From positions 190,170,270 through 190,234,269 of the forward strand of contig NC_068981.1 of the NCBI RefSeq assembly GCF_001194135.2: a stretch of 64,000 nucleotides of DNA, given 5' to 3'. The DNA is from Octopus bimaculoides. Taxonomy: Eukaryota. A model generated the notes under the pieces. That model worked only from the letters and a program-made list of their open reading frames with translations, ran no database searches and had not been told where the DNA came from. The translations under genes were made by a program, and so were the position numbers. Of this stretch, positions 12,889 to 26,962 are shown piece by piece. The number at the start of each line of letters is the position of its first letter. The first letter of the stretch is position 1.

Positions 12889-14369
12889 TATATAGGAGCT
12901 TTCATGAAACAGAAAGAAAGAGACATCATAAATTGGATGCTCATGTGAATACAAATGGAATACTACAAGTTTCACGTAAATCAGACCACGGGTTACTGAG
13001 ATACGTGGTTTTTTGGGGGTACCTTTATAAATAGCCAAGCCAGTGTATAATGGGGAAAATGCTTTGAAAGTAAGGTACCATTGAAATGTGAATACACACA
13101 GGACAACTGAAGTTTCGCGTAAATCGGACAATAGACTCCTGAGATATGCGGCTTTTTCAGGTACCTTGAACTATTGGTGACCCAACAGGTCATGAGTAGT
13201 CTAGTACCTACTAAAATTAATAAGGATCAAGAGAACAGAGATTTGCATATCCAAATTTTATTATACTGTTAATCACGCCATTCTTTATCAAGAACTAAGC
13301 ACGTTTTCACTGCAATCTGGTGCACACTATTAAGTTTGCATCTTGGTGTTAATTATCAGTGCATCTTCATCAGGGTCCTTTATTACTGCTGGCTGGATAC
13401 TACTGATAAGACTGAACATATGATACCCGCTAGGATTATATAACACTATAAGCCATTTTGGATGTGTGTGTGTATGTGTCTGTGTGTGCGTCTGTGTCTG
13501 TGTGCATGTGTGTTTGTGTCTGTGTTTGTTCCCTACCACTGTTAGACAACCAGTGTTGGTATGCTTACGTTTACATTACTCAGCAGTTCAACAAAAGAGA
13601 TCAATAAAATAACTACCAGCTTAATAAAAAAAACAATTAGTACTAGTGACAACCCATTTGACTAAAACTTCTTCTAGGCAATGCCCCAGCATGGCCACAG
13701 TCTAATGACTGAAACAAGTAAAAGATAAAAGATATAAGGTATAGTATAGACGATATTATTGAAGAAAACTAAGAGCATTATTGTTAAGTGCCAAAGTTGT
13801 TAGCAAGTCACAGTAGGAAAACGATTTGCTAAGTAAGTATAATGATCCAACTTAAAGAAATATAATTAAATATCAATAATAATACAGCACCAAATCAACT
13901 TGAAGAATCCTCTAATGTATACGGTTTAGGACTAAGAATCTTTAGTGACTTCCTTTGAAGCAAATTACAACAATGTATGAAATGAGAAATTTTGGCTTCT
14001 TCTGCAATTCTTAATCATATAAAAAGCCTTTAACAACTCAATAATGAAATAGCATTTCCTTACATATAATTAAGTTCTCGCTTTATACATCAGCATTCTT
14101 AATTCTTCGCAACATCTATAAGAATGGTATCTAATAAATTGGCAAATATTCTCTTATAGACTAGCATTATTCCCCGCACCTTCTGTTTGTTCCTTGTAGC
14201 TTAACTACCGTGAACTTTCATATATGAAAGTATGATGGCACCATTCCAACCATTTCTTAAAATTGTCATACTGCGTCCATTAATCTAAGTTCTTATTTTT
14301 ATCATATCTTTTTAAGAAGAATAAGATGCTAAACATGCATATTTCTTCTTTCATTATACATATAATTAT

Positions 14370-14810
14370 GGCAGCGAGCTAGCAGAAACGTTAGCATGCC
14401 GGGAGAAATGCTTGGCAGTATTTCGTCTGTCTTTACGTTCTGAGTTCAAATTCCACTGAGGCTGACTTTGCCTTTCATCCTTTCGGGGTTGATAAATTAA
14501 GTACCAATTGCTCACTGGGGTCAATCTAATTGACGAGCCCCTTCACCAAAAATTTCAGACCTTGTTCCTAGAGTAGAAAAGAATATTTTTAGAAAGGTGG
14601 TGAGCTGGCAGAAACATTAGCATGCTGGGCGAAATGGTAGCGGTATTTCATCTGTCTTTTTGTTCATAGTTCAAATTCCACTAAGGTTGACTTTGCCTTT
14701 CATCCTTTCGGTCGATAAATTAAGTACCAGTTGCATACTGGAGTCAATGTAATTGACTGGTTCCCTCCCCCAAAAAAACTGTTGGGCTTTGTACCTAGAG
14801 TAGAAAAGAT
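14370..14810 (+). mobile_element. Two tandem SINE D copies
   Basis: Units at ~14370-14585 and ~14595-14810. Confidence 0.8.
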
Positions 14811-17206
14811 TATACAAATATTTATATATATACACACACACACATATATATAGACAGATGTAGATGTATATATAGATATAGATATATGTTTAAGTGTGTG
14901 TGTGTGTGTGTGTGTGTATGTGCATGAGTGTGTGTATGTGTGCATGTACATTTGTGTGTATTGTGTGTGTGTTTGTGTGTGTGTATGTGTATGTATGTAT
15001 GTATGTATGTATGTATGTATGTATAGACACATGCACGCACACATATATATATACACAATACATATATGTCTGAATGTGTGTGTATACACAATTTTTTTCA
15101 TGCATTAATGAACAGAAGACATTTATCCAATATTGCCCCCAAAGTGGAATCGAACCCAGAACTTTATGGTTGTGAAGCAAACTTCTTCACTTCACAACTA
15201 CGCCTGATAACACCAATGTATTAACATTTTTTTCTTTATTCTGGCAGTATTTCAAGACTTAAGGGAAACCTGAGAATTAGCATTCCTTAAGAAATTTGTT
15301 GACAAACATGATAAAAAGTTTCCTTTTAGGAACTGTATTTAAAGAATAAAGAATAAAGAATAAAGCATAAGCATCGACTGATATTCTTAAATGTATGAAT
15401 AAACAATAAACATACACAAAAGTAGATTTATTTAGATTTTATAAAGGTGTACCATGGTAACAGATAAAGACAGATGTCTATTTTGATGGTACTACTTTCT
15501 GGAATTTAAACATGTAAATAACGGAGATATTATGTTACAAAGAAAAATTATGAAGATATGGAAATGAATAGATATGTTTGAGAAAGCATAATTTATAAAG
15601 CAGGTGAGAGAATGCAGTATATAGATATATGCTGAAGTATTGGAAAGAAATCAGGAAAAAAATATAAAAGAGACTGAGAAGAAATAGAGCCAAGCTGTAG
15701 GAAGAAAGAAGTGGTGAGAGCAGGAAAAAATGGTGAGAGCAGGAAAAAATGGGGAGAAGAAGAAGAAGAAGTAGGATAAACTTTGTTTTATGTTAAGAAT
15801 TTAATGTTTTTAGCTGAGAATATATATTTTTGAGACATTTAGATTTTACTTTGGTTGGCTTTGAATTTATTTTTGAGATTGTATCGAGTTTCTTGGACAA
15901 TATATAGGTGTACGATACTATGTGTTGTCCATGCAGAAGGTGTGCCTGAGTTGTTGAGGCTATGCTTTCTTGAGGAGATCTAATAAAGTCGAAACATCAT
16001 CATCGTCGTTTAACGTCTGCTTTCCATGTTAGCATGGGTTGGACGATTTGACTGAGGACTGGTGAAACCGGATGGCTATTTCCAGAATTATGTTAGTTGT
16101 TGTATCCTCATCACTACTATCATCATGACCATCATCATCATGACCATCATCATCATCATCATCATCACCATCAGATTAATGTAAAATTGTTCTTTGCTCA
16201 ACTGGACATAAAAACAAACATTAATATATATATATATATATATATATAAATACATACAGTGTACATTTAAACACATCAGAGAGATGTCCATAATAGGACA
16301 TCTAACCTGCTAGAAGAAGCAGTTTAAATGTACACTATGTATTTATATGAATAATATATAGTCTATTGACTAGTTTTTTTCTTCTCGCTAGACCACTGGC
16401 AGCAAATAGAATTTCTAAAATTTTTTGCTACCCTGAGATTTATTAATAATGATATATATACAGTGCGTGTGTTTTTATTGGCTAAACTGGCAATATGACC
16501 ATCCCCAAGTACAACAACATCTGTTTCAACACACGATTTCACATCAAAAATCTTGCAAAACAAATATGTAAACGGATATATATATATATCTATATATATA
16601 TATATATAGATAGATAGCTAGATAGATAGATAAATAGATAGATAGATAGATAGATAGACAGATAGATACAGATATATATATATANNNNNNNNNNNNNNNN
16701 NNNNNNNNNNNNNNNNNNNNNNNNNNNNNNNNNNNNNNNNNNNNNNNNNNNNNNNNNNNNNNNNNNNNNNNNNNNNNNNNNNNNNNNNNNNNNNNNNNNN
16801 NNNNNNNNNNNNNNNNNNNNNNNNNNNNNNNNNNNNNNNNNNNNNNNNNNNNNNNNNNNNNNNNNNNNNNNNNNNNNNNNNNNNNNNNNNNNNNNNNNNN
16901 NNNNNNNNNNNNNNNNNNNNNNNNNNNNNNNNNNNNNNNNNNNNNNNNNNNNNNNNNNNNNNNNNNNNNNNNNNNNNNNNNNNNNNNNNNNNNNNNNNNN
17001 NNNNNNNNNNNNNNNNNNNNNNNNNNNNNNNNNNNNNNNNNNNNNNNNNNNNNNNNNNNNNNNNNNNNNNNNNNNNNNNNNNNNNNNNNNNNNNNNNNNN
17101 NNNNNNNNNNNNNNNNNNNNNNNNNNNNNNNNNNNNNNNNNNNNNNNNNNNNNNNNNNNNNNNNNNNNNNNNNNNNNNNNNNNNNNATATATACACATAC
17201 ACACAC

Positions 17207-17903
17207 ACAAGCAAACTGGAAGTTGATTGAGGAAGAGACCCTCGAAAAGGATTGACCTAAATGTCTCTCCACACCAGCCATTGATATGAAGCACACATTT
17301 CATGTCCGTAATGCAAGCCATATGTGACAAATCTGTCTCAGAGCACAAGGTCAACATACACAAAAACAAGATCCCTAAGGAAAGGAAAATTCTTATGAAA
17401 TTGACAGACAAAGATTGCAAACCTCCTGAGGAAGTACCTCAAAAGTGGTGAAAAGTCTTACCTGGAGAGGGCGCAACTGGAGGTTCAGAAAAGTCTGCAT
17501 CAATCTCATGAAAAAGAAAGAGCAGATAAGGAAGCTTGGGTGATAGAAAATATTAAGTTGAACCCTAAAGCTTTCTTTAAGTTTGGCAAAGAAACTGCTT
17601 CAGTACACCACAAGATAGGATCCCTCTTCCAAGAAAGATGGCTCCCTCACAAGAAACCAAATGAGGATAAGTGCAATACTGAATAAACAGTTCCAAAGTG
17701 TGCTCACTACACTTTTGGGATACAGGCAAGTGAAGAAACCAGCAGAATTCTTTGCCACTTTACCTGTAACCAAACATTGATTACATCAACATTGAAGAAG
17801 ATTTAACACTGTCCATAGATTAGGTTGGCACAAACTCAGCCGCTGGATCTGATGGATTGCCAGTGGTCCTTCTCAAATCATGCAAACAAGTCCTTGCAAA
17901 ACA
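17207..17903 (+). mobile_element. CR1/L2-group LINE ORF2 fragment (EN-RT linker to RT start)
   Basis: Frameshifted translation: IENIKLNPKAFFKF..IGSL..DGSLT..ISAILNKQFQSV..SAAGSDGLPVVLLKSCKQVLAK. Confidence 0.7.
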
Positions 17904-18384
17904 TCAGTATTACGGTGTCAAGTTTGAATATGAAAAGTCGTTCCCTCCACATATCTGAACTTGTCACTGGCAACGTTTCTCTTTTTACTTCTACACCTTT
18001 AAATTCCTGAAACCTTATCTTATCCTTCAGCTCTTCTCTCCTTATCTTCTCTGTTCATCACATTCTTGATTTGTAAGAAGGAAGAAGGAAAGAGCAATAG
18101 AATGAAGAGAAGTTCTCTTCATTCTATTACTCTCTCCTTCTTCTTTCTTACACTGTTTCTTCAAACACCTCCTGTTCTTGTATAAATATCATTTGGTCCT
18201 GTGTTTCTTATCAGTTGCAGCCAGTTTTTTTTTTAACTTAAAAGATGTAAAACTCTGCTATCTCCTATTAATTTCTCTCCTTTCAACTTTTCACCTGAAT
18301 AAGAATTGAATCCAAGGTATTAGATTTTATGCTTCTCACAGCAAGTTCACTACACTCTTTTTATCGATTTTACTGCACATATAT

Positions 18385-18702
18385 ATTGCGTGGCCGTTGC
18401 CAGTACCGCCTGACTGGCTCCTGTAGGATTTTCGAGCGAGATCGTTGCCAGTGCCCCTGGACTGGCTTGTGCGGGTGGCACATAAAAGACACCATTTCGA
18501 GCGTGGCCGTTTTCGTGCGGGTGACACGTAAAAGCACCCACTACACTCTCTGAGTGGTTGGCGTTAGGAAGGGCATCCAGCTGTAGAAACTCTGCCAAAT
18601 CAGACTGGAGCCTGGTGTTGCCATCCGGTTTCACCAGTCCTCAGTCAAATCGTCCAACCCATGCTAGCATGGAAAGCGGACGTTAAACGATGATGATGAT
18701 GA
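18385..18702 (+). mobile_element. 5'-truncated RTE 3' UTR
   Basis: Near-identical to part of 3718-4138. Confidence 0.8.
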
Positions 18703-18941
18703 TATATATTGTGTGTGTGTGTGCACACGTGTATGTATGTATGTATGTATGTATGTATGTACATGTGTCTCTATACGTGTGTGCATGGATGTGTGTTTGT
18801 TTGTTTGTTTGTTTGTTTGTATGTGTGTGTGAGTGTGTGTGTATTTAATAATACTCTGACTCAACTCCACATTACTTAAAGTTTTGTGGGTATAAAACAT
18901 GTCAGATGTTCAGATAAATATATATATATATATATATATAT

Positions 18942-18994
<53 letters not shown>

Positions 18995-19045
18995 NNNNNN
19001 NNNNNNNNNNNNNNNNNNNNNNNNNNNNNNNNNNNNNNNNNNNNN

Positions 19046-19090
<45 letters not shown>

Positions 19091-20039
19091 GAGGGTACAG
19101 AGAATTTAAAATTTAAATGGCTTCTAAATGATAGTATTTAAGCATCCACTGGGTAGTTCAGGTCACATGATTGCCTTTTGCTATCCTAATGGCATTAGTT
19201 CATATATTGGGAAGTCCACATGTTTGAGCAAATAGAACGTAAATGTCCTTTAGTCAACATTCTTCAGAAAGAGATACTTCAGTCACATTAATCCTTCATA
19301 TTGGATAAAATATGAGGTAAGGCAGACAAGATTTTGGCATCAGGTTTTTTCTTAATAATTTATTTGAGGGGTTTAATATCTTAATGACAACACTTAGCAT
19401 ATACGGCAGGTAATTGATTTGATGGTGTCAGGTTACTTATGAGTTTGCAGGATTGGTATGAATGATTGTAGGCTGTAACCTTTACCCCACTTTCCAAACC
19501 TGAAGAGAGTCAGAAACAGAAAGATAATCTGTTTTAATCCTCCATGCAATCTCAGTGTTACCATAAATATAGTGAAGAAATTACTGATGTCAATTAAAAA
19601 GCACTTTCCATAGATATTATGAACTCTTTAATTTTTATAATGTCAAAGTTAGCTACTCATGCTTAGATAATATCTAACACACACTACATGCTACAACATA
19701 TGCAAACACATGCCCACACAGTCTTCTCTCCTTACTCCAGCCTATAACAACCAAAATCACAATGACTGTCAACTGGGAGCACCCTGCCTTTCAAAAGTTG
19801 GGGTTTACAGATCCCTGTACATCATCCAATGGCACCACCAAACACTGCACATACATGACAGCAAATGATTTTTAAGGGGAGATGTATGCAACGCAGTATA
19901 TAAGTTGTCTCATGTATGAAAAAATAGAAACTATATTACCTGGTAGAATCGATCCTCCATATTATTGCAGGTGAGTTATTTTCAAACTAAGAAAATTCAT
20001 TACAAATCAAAGGTGATCAGTTACCAGAAACCATTAAAA

Positions 20040-20260
20040 GGCGACGAGGTGGCAGAAACGTTAGCACGCTGGCGAAATGCTTAGCGGTATTTTGTCTGCC
20101 ACTACATTTTGAGTTCAAATTTCGCTGAGGTCGACTTTGCCGTTCATCCTTTCGGGGTCGATAAATTTGGTACCAGATACGCACAGGGGTCGATGTAATC
20201 GACTTAATCCCTTGTTTGTCCCCTCTATGTTTAGCCGCTTGTGGGCAGTAAAGAAATAAG
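20040..20260 (+). mobile_element. SINE D
   Basis: Same motifs as 12660-12888. Confidence 0.8.
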
Positions 20261-21309
20261 AAACCATTAAATTTTGTAATGTTATTACCAGTTCAAATAC
20301 GCTTGTGGTACAATTGGACTTTTAAATAAGCCATTCATTGTGTTTTGCCATGGAGAAAATTTTTCGATGTAGACAAATGGTGTTAATACACCTATATCAG
20401 CCCCCCACCTATCTAGACTGGGAAATACAAGCATTTTGGAGTTGTTATCTCCTCTTCAGTCACAGACACTAGGTGGGGGAGGGGTGCTGCAAACTGGTAA
20501 AAGAAATTGTCTCTATTATAAATGACATAGATTCTGTTGACAAGTATTAAAGGTTGTACAATAGCTGGGGTTGTTGTTGTTGTTGTTTATTATCAGCTTA
20601 GCTCTTTTCTTCTTTTTCTTTTTTTGTTTAACATAGGTTGTGCAGTTTGTTGGAAACAACAGTTATGTATCCCTTAAACCACAGCTTATAATTCTTAAAA
20701 AAGGGAAATAAATATTAATTAGCGTGAAGGCAGCATTCATTGATAGAATGGATTTGATCATTGAACTGTTTAATCAGGACTAACTTGGAAACAAACAGCA
20801 ACAACAACATTAGTAGAAGCTGTTACAACAACAACAACAGCAACATAAGGCTTAAATGTTCACTACAAAAAAGTTCTAAATGGCAGCAACAAGTTTGTCT
20901 TTGAGATGCTGGTGGGCAACCTTATCAAAAATATTCACATTAATAATTGAATATTTCAATATGAGATGACCTTCTAAAATAAGTTGTGTTGGTGAGGGGG
21001 AAGGAAAATGAAAGACCACGTTTACAAGGTTTCACCTGACTGTTAATCTCTCCCTCCATCCCTCTCCCCTCCCTCTCTCTCTTTCTCTCTTCCTTTTTAC
21101 CCTTTATTTTCCTCTCATGCATATCTAATTGGATGTTTACAGTCATAATGATTTTGATTAACAAATAAAAAGCTTTAATGTTGGAGAAGAATTCTAATGT
21201 TGAATGTCAATATAGTATTTAAGATCTTCCTTTTTAAGTTTGGTTAATGACAGAAAAGTAAATGAAATGTCTGTCTACATCCAGCAATTTCACATACATA
21301 AATACATAT

Positions 21310-21693
21310 CATGGCACTCCGTCGCTTACGACGTCAAGGGTTCCAGTTGATCTGATCAACGGAACAGCCTGCTTGTGAAATTAACGTGCAAGTGGCTGAG
21401 CACACCACAGACACATGTACCCTTAATGTAGTTCTTGAGGAGATTCAGCGTGACACAGAGTGTGACAAGGCTGGCCCCTTTGAATTACAGGTACAACAGA
21501 AACAGGAAGTAAGAATGAGAGAAAGTTGTGGTGAAAGAGTACAGCAGGGTTCGTCACCACCCACTGCCGGAACCTCTTAGAACTTAAAATGTTTTTGCTC
21601 AATAAACACTCACAACGCTCAGTCAGGGAATCGAAACCGCCATCCCATGATTGTAAGCCTGCTGCCCTAACCACTGGGCCATTGCACCTCCAC
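21310..21693 (-). mobile_element. tRNA-derived SINE family G
   Basis: Minus-strand head gtggaggtgcaatggcccagtggttagggcagc...ggtttcgattccc. Second copy at 54148-54573. Confidence 0.8.
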
Positions 21694-21729
21694 TATACAT
21701 ATATATAAATAAATAAATATATATATATA

Positions 21730-21947
21730 CGTATACTCTTTTATTTGTTTCAGTCATTTGAGTGTGGCCATGCTGGAGCACCACCTTTAGTCGGGCAAAT
21801 CGACCCCAGGACTTATTCTTTGTAAGCCTAGTACTTATTCTATCGGTCCCTTCTGCCGAACAACTAAGTTACGACGATGTAAACACACCAGCATCGGTTG
21901 TCAAGCGATGTTGGGAGGACAAACAGACACAAACACACACACACACA

Positions 21948-22012
<65 letters not shown>

Positions 22013-22172
22013 GTACATATATATATACAACTGGCTTCTTTCAGTTTCCATCTACCAAATCCACTCACAAGACTTTTGTTTACCTGAGGCTATAGTAGAA
22101 GACACTTGCACAAAGTGCCATGCAGTGGGACTGAACCCACAACCATTTGGTTGGTAAGCAAGCTACTTACTG
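21730..22172 (-). mobile_element. Full SINE AB with internal (CA)n(TA)n
   Basis: Both halves present in order around the microsatellite. Confidence 0.8.
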
Positions 22173-22620
22173 AATATGGTACTTAAGTTTAGGCACCAGA
22201 ATTTAGTACGGTATTATCCAGTTTCAAAATAAGGTGATTAAAATCAAAATAAGCAACAAAGATATTCAAAGGTAATGCAGTACGATCGTTTCATGTGACT
22301 CCATTTAATTGAGCAATGTAAACATTACATTAAATATAAAATGTAGAGCAATCTTCAGCTGCACAAAGATATAGAAATTTAATGAAATAACATTTAAACA
22401 GAAGGACATATCTTTATAATTAAATCTAAACTCTTCAAGTAGAAAGGAGGAAAACAAAAAAGCATTTTGACTTAGCAAGCCCATACAGGCAAGTGCACAC
22501 ATGTTTCTGGCTTGATAGACATCATCAGCTGAAAGATTGTTCATTCTTATCTCCAGAAGCCAAAGGACTTTGGCTTATTCATTGCAGAGTAGAGAATGGC
22601 ATGGTGTAGCAAAGTATTGT

Positions 22621-22694
<74 letters not shown>

Positions 22695-23742
22695 TGTGGG
22701 AGATTCAGACAAAGAATGACTTGTGGTAGACGAAGGGAATAGAGCCAGTGTTGGATGTTATGAAGAGAAATGGGATGAAAGGGTTGAGACATGTGTTGAT
22801 GAAAGATGAAAGTGAGAGGAGTGATGATGGAAACAAATGTGAAGAAGGTAAAGAAAGGATATGACCAAGAAGGACATGACTAAAGATGATGGAAGAGAAA
22901 ATGAGTGGAAGGAAGTTGGTGAGGTGGGGATATAGGGTAGAGGACGAAATGGCAAAAAAATGCCATGGTGCTTCTTGCAACACTAACCTCTGCTTTAGAA
23001 GAGAAAATGGCCTTAAAACTCTCATTGTTGTTGTTGTACACATCCACTGCTACCACTGCCAATACCACCACCAGCACAAAGGCACTTCCCTTATTCTTCA
23101 CAATCTATAAAGAAAATTATTCAGATTCGTATTTTGTCTGAAGAGTCTGGGTTTCTTCAGAAGATGTCTATGTCAGAATGCAATACAAGTGTCACTAAAG
23201 AATATAAACAAATTTGAAAGTTTGTTATCTTTGGGTTCATTTGGAATTTCAGCTTTGCAGACTTCAATTTGTCTATTGTGAAATCAATAGACATAAGTTG
23301 ATAGGATTCTAAGAACACCTCAACTCCACACTCAAATATTTTGAAATATCTTCTTTTCTAGTTAAACCCTAATCACAAAGATGACTTTTCTTCCTTTTTT
23401 TATTCCAACTTCTTATAATCTTGATATCAATATCTTTATATTAATTCTTCATTTTGATAATAGAAAAAAAATACTTTGAGAAACCTTTTAAAGAATTGGA
23501 ATCAACTCAAAATGAAAAAAATATCTTTCAAAAAGAACCATATAGAAAGAAATCTTACCGAAAATGTTCTTGTGGTTCCAGTATCTTCAAGTTCTCTTCT
23601 AATCATTCGTAATACCATCAGTTGTTTTTCTTCTCCATTCAATCAAAAATACTACTTCAATAGTTTTGTTGCATTTCACAAGGAAATCTAAGTCAACTTG
23701 ATCTTTAAGTAAATATCTTCCACAAAACCATGTTATTATTAT

Positions 23743-23871
<129 letters not shown>

Positions 23872-23929
23872 CATTATTATTATTATTATTATTATTATNN
23901 NNNNNNNNACGGTGTCAGCTGTTCACTAC

Positions 23930-24185
23930 AAGTGAACTAAGGTAACACCTCTTATTTTTCGAGCACCTTCAGGAGTATTCGAGCAGTTTCAAGCAGTGCT
24001 GTTGTTTTCTGCAAGTGCTCCATCCTTATTGCAGCCCCTATTTGTTCCACTTACTTTTCGAGATTTTTGCTCACTGTTCCTAGGGCTCTGACAATTATTG
24101 GTACTACTGCTACCTTTTTCCTCGACCACAACTGTTTAACTTCCTAAGCTAGCCTGTCATATCTTTCGACTTTTCTTTCTTCCTT
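23930..24185 (-). mobile_element. R4/Dong-like non-LTR retrotransposon 3' fragment (RLE C-terminus)
   Basis: KVERYDRLA*EVKQLWSRKKVAVVPIIVRALGTVSKNLEK..LQKTTALLETARILLKVLEK*; flanked by (TAA)n. Confidence 0.7.
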
Positions 24186-24212
24186 CCCTTGATTATTATT
24201 ATTATTATTATT

Positions 24213-24390
24213 GTTCAGTAGTTTTATTTTTATAACGTGCTTTCACTTCACTACCGAGCGCAGCTCTGTGCGCCTTGGGTATGTGCTGTGGTTTGCTGTG
24301 GTGCTCTTATGGTTACTGTATTGAAAGTGTTTTGCGTAGAATGTGTGCAGTACCCAGTAGTGCAATTTTCTGTATGTTTATTATTATTAT
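24213..24390 (-). mobile_element. Second, distinct R4/Dong-like 3' end
   Basis: NIQKIALLGTAHILRKTLSIQ* plus ~100-bp 3' UTR; flanked by (TAA)n on both sides. Confidence 0.65.
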
Positions 24391-24659
24391 TATTATTATT
24401 GAATGAGAGAGCAGCTCAAAGTGAATCTGGGATTCAAATATATGAAACCCAATATACCCATCATGACCAGGCACATACATCACAACCACATGCGCATGAC
24501 ATGGTAATCTCATATTAAGTAAAGGAACACATGACGTTGCAGGAGGGTCCCAGTAAGAATTTTCTTCACTTTCAGTGGTTAAGTTGCTTTCATCTCCTTT
24601 TCCACACATTCTGTGTTTGTTCTGTGATTGAGTTTTATGAAACTTTTACTCTATCAAAT

Positions 24660-25095
24660 CTGTACACACGTGTGCAAGTGTGTGTATGTGAGTGTGTGTC
24701 CGTGTGTATATGTGTGTGCGCAAGTGCACGTGTGTGTGTGTGTGTGAGTATGCATATGTGTGTGTATGTATATGTGTGTGTGAGTATGTATGTGTGTGTG
24801 TGTGCATGTGTATATGCATGTGTGTGTGCCTGTGTGTATGTAAGTGTGTTCATGTGTGTGTGCACATGTGTGTGCACGTGTGTGTGCACGTGTGTGTGTC
24901 TGCGTTCACGTGTGTGTGTGTGCACTTGTGTGTGTGTGTGTGTGTGTGTATGCACGTGCCTGTATGTATGTGCAACTGTATGTATGTGTTCATGCACGTG
25001 TGTGTGTGTGCACGTGTGTGTGTGTGTATGTGTGTTTGTGTGTGTGTGTGTGTGTATGTGTGTGTGTGTGTGTATGTGTGTGCGTGCGCGTGTGT
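24660..25095. repeat. Compound (TG)n/TGCA array followed by a SINE AB 3' half
   Basis: Seen directly; the SINE half runs ~25095-25300. Confidence 0.85.
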
Positions 25096-25509
25096 GTGTC
25101 CTGGTTGCTTGACAACCAGTATTAGCTTTGTTCCCATCCCCATAGCTTAACAGTTCAACAAATTTTTTTTTAAAAATTGGTAAAATAAGTACCAGACTTT
25201 AAGAATATTGGGTCTAATTTGTTTGATTGAAGCCCTTCAAGGCAGTGCCCCAGCATGGCCACAGTCCATTGACTGAAACAAGTGAAAGATGAAAGATAAT
25301 AAGTTGGAAGGAGAAAATTAAATGTGTTTTGTGTTTAATTAAATGTAAATACGTTAGATGTTATTTTGAACATAATTACTCATTTACTCATTAACAATAT
25401 TGGCTGCAACAGTTCAATCATCCGACTGATGAAACCCATTAATCGTAGTAATTAATCATTCATTAACCTCATCAATGAAAAACACATTAAGCTCCCCATT
25501 TAGTGTATT

Positions 25510-26962
25510 GACCTTGCTCTTATAGCTGAATTACTACCAGAACTAGAGAAGTTCCAGGTATGGAAGCAAGGTCTAGAATTGAAGGGCCTTAGAGTTAACC
25601 TAGTAAAAACCAAAGGAAGGAAGACAAATCACAAATCTCTTCAGGTGGACGGCCCTGCTCAATCTGTAGAAAACGTGTAAGTAGAAACTCCCTAAGTTGC
25701 ACCCAGTGTAAGCTTTGGACACATAAAAGGTGCAGCAATATCAGGGGAAGGTTAACAGGAAAACTAGCTTTTGTATGTGGAAGATGCACAGGTACAATAA
25801 ATGATGAAAATAGGCAGAAAATAGACTCCATCAACTGCCAGTGGGGCAAGCTAGAGGTTGTAGATAACTTCTGTTATCTAAGTGACCAAGTTAGTAGTGG
25901 ATGTGAATGCTCTGAGAGTGTAGCTGTCAGAATAAGATTAGGCTGGGCAAAGTTCAGAGAGCTCCTACCTCTGCTGGCAACAAAGGGCCCTTTCTCTCAG
26001 ATTGAAAAGCAGATTGCATGATGCATTATGTGTGCAGATTGAATGTGTGCGAACAGCCATGCTGCATGGCAGTGAAACATGGACTGTGACAGCCGAGAAC
26101 ATTTGTAGGCTTGAAAGAAATGAAGCCAGTATGTTTTGCTGAATGTGCAATGTCAGTGTGTATGTTCAACAGAGTGTAAACCTCTTGAGAGGAAAGTTGG
26201 GCGAAAGAGGCACCAGATGTGGTGTGCAAGAGAAACAACTGTACTGGTATGGTCACGTGATGCGTATGCATGAGAACAGTTGCGTAAAGAAGTGCCAATC
26301 TCTAACTGTGGAGGGAACCTGTGGTAGAAGTAGACTCAGGATGACATGGGACAAAGTGGTGAAGCATGATCTTTGAACTTTGAACTTCACAGAGGCAATG
26401 ACCTGTGACCAAGACCTTTGGCAATATGCTGTGCTTGAGAAGACCCATCAAGCCAAATAAAATTGTAGTCATGTCTGATGTTAGTGCCATGTAACTGGCA
26501 TGTAAAGAGCACCGTTCTAGCCTCACTTTGCCCCACAAAGGCAAAGCAGCTAAGTTCCTTTTGAATGTTGGACATCCTGGAGGCAAAGCAGTGGAGTTCC
26601 GTTTGAGCACTAGGCTTCACAGAGGCAAAGTGGCTGAGTTCCTTTCAAGTGTTGGGCCTCAGAGAGGCAATGACTGAGACCTTTGGCGTTATGTTGTGCT
26701 TGAGAAGAAGACCCATCAAGCCGATCAAAATCGCAGTTGTCACAGATTCTGGTGTCACGCAAATGGCACCTCTGCTGGTGGCACATAAAAGCACCCATTA
26801 CACTTTCAGAGTGGTTGGCATTAAGAAAAGCATACAGGTATAGAAAATCATTCCAAATCAGACTGGATTCTGGTGCAGCCTTCTAGCTTACCAGCCCTGT
26901 TAAACTGCGCAACCCATTGCCATTATGGACAATGGATGTTAAATGACGATGATGATGATGAT
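25510..26962 (+). mobile_element. 5'-truncated RTE LINE: RT C-terminal half with inserted PHD-type finger, ORF end, 3' UTR and (GAT)n tail
   Basis: DLALIAE..WKQGLELKGLRVNLVKTK, then a C4HC3 block, EVVDNFCYLSDQVSSG..RIRLGWAKFRELLPLL, LYWYGHVMRM, GRSRLRMTWDKVVKHDL. Confidence 0.85.

Noticed and set aside
13330-13385. Minus-strand CTGATGA; also hits at ~12645, ~25425, ~41035, ~57020 and ~58195
   Set aside because: No stem II followed by GAAA; chance heptamers.
13750-14340. AT-rich unique-looking stretches possibly from decayed coding sequence (also 19190-19560, 23100-23700, 39850-40230)
   Set aside because: Multiple stops in the frames I read and no motif I can name; needs TBLASTX.
15965-15997. 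cttgaggagatctaataaagtcgaaac as an HHR remnant
   Set aside because: Core imperfect and truncated by an RTE tail; cannot be supported.
21600-21693. tRNA gene candidates (here and at other SINE heads)
   Set aside because: A/B-box-like heads continue directly into repeated SINE bodies and lack a complete cloverleaf.
22485-22535. Minus-strand hammerhead-like CTGATGA-tgtct..agcca-GAAA-catgt
   Set aside because: Stem II mismatch, G at the cleavage position and no stem I; at best a decayed remnant.
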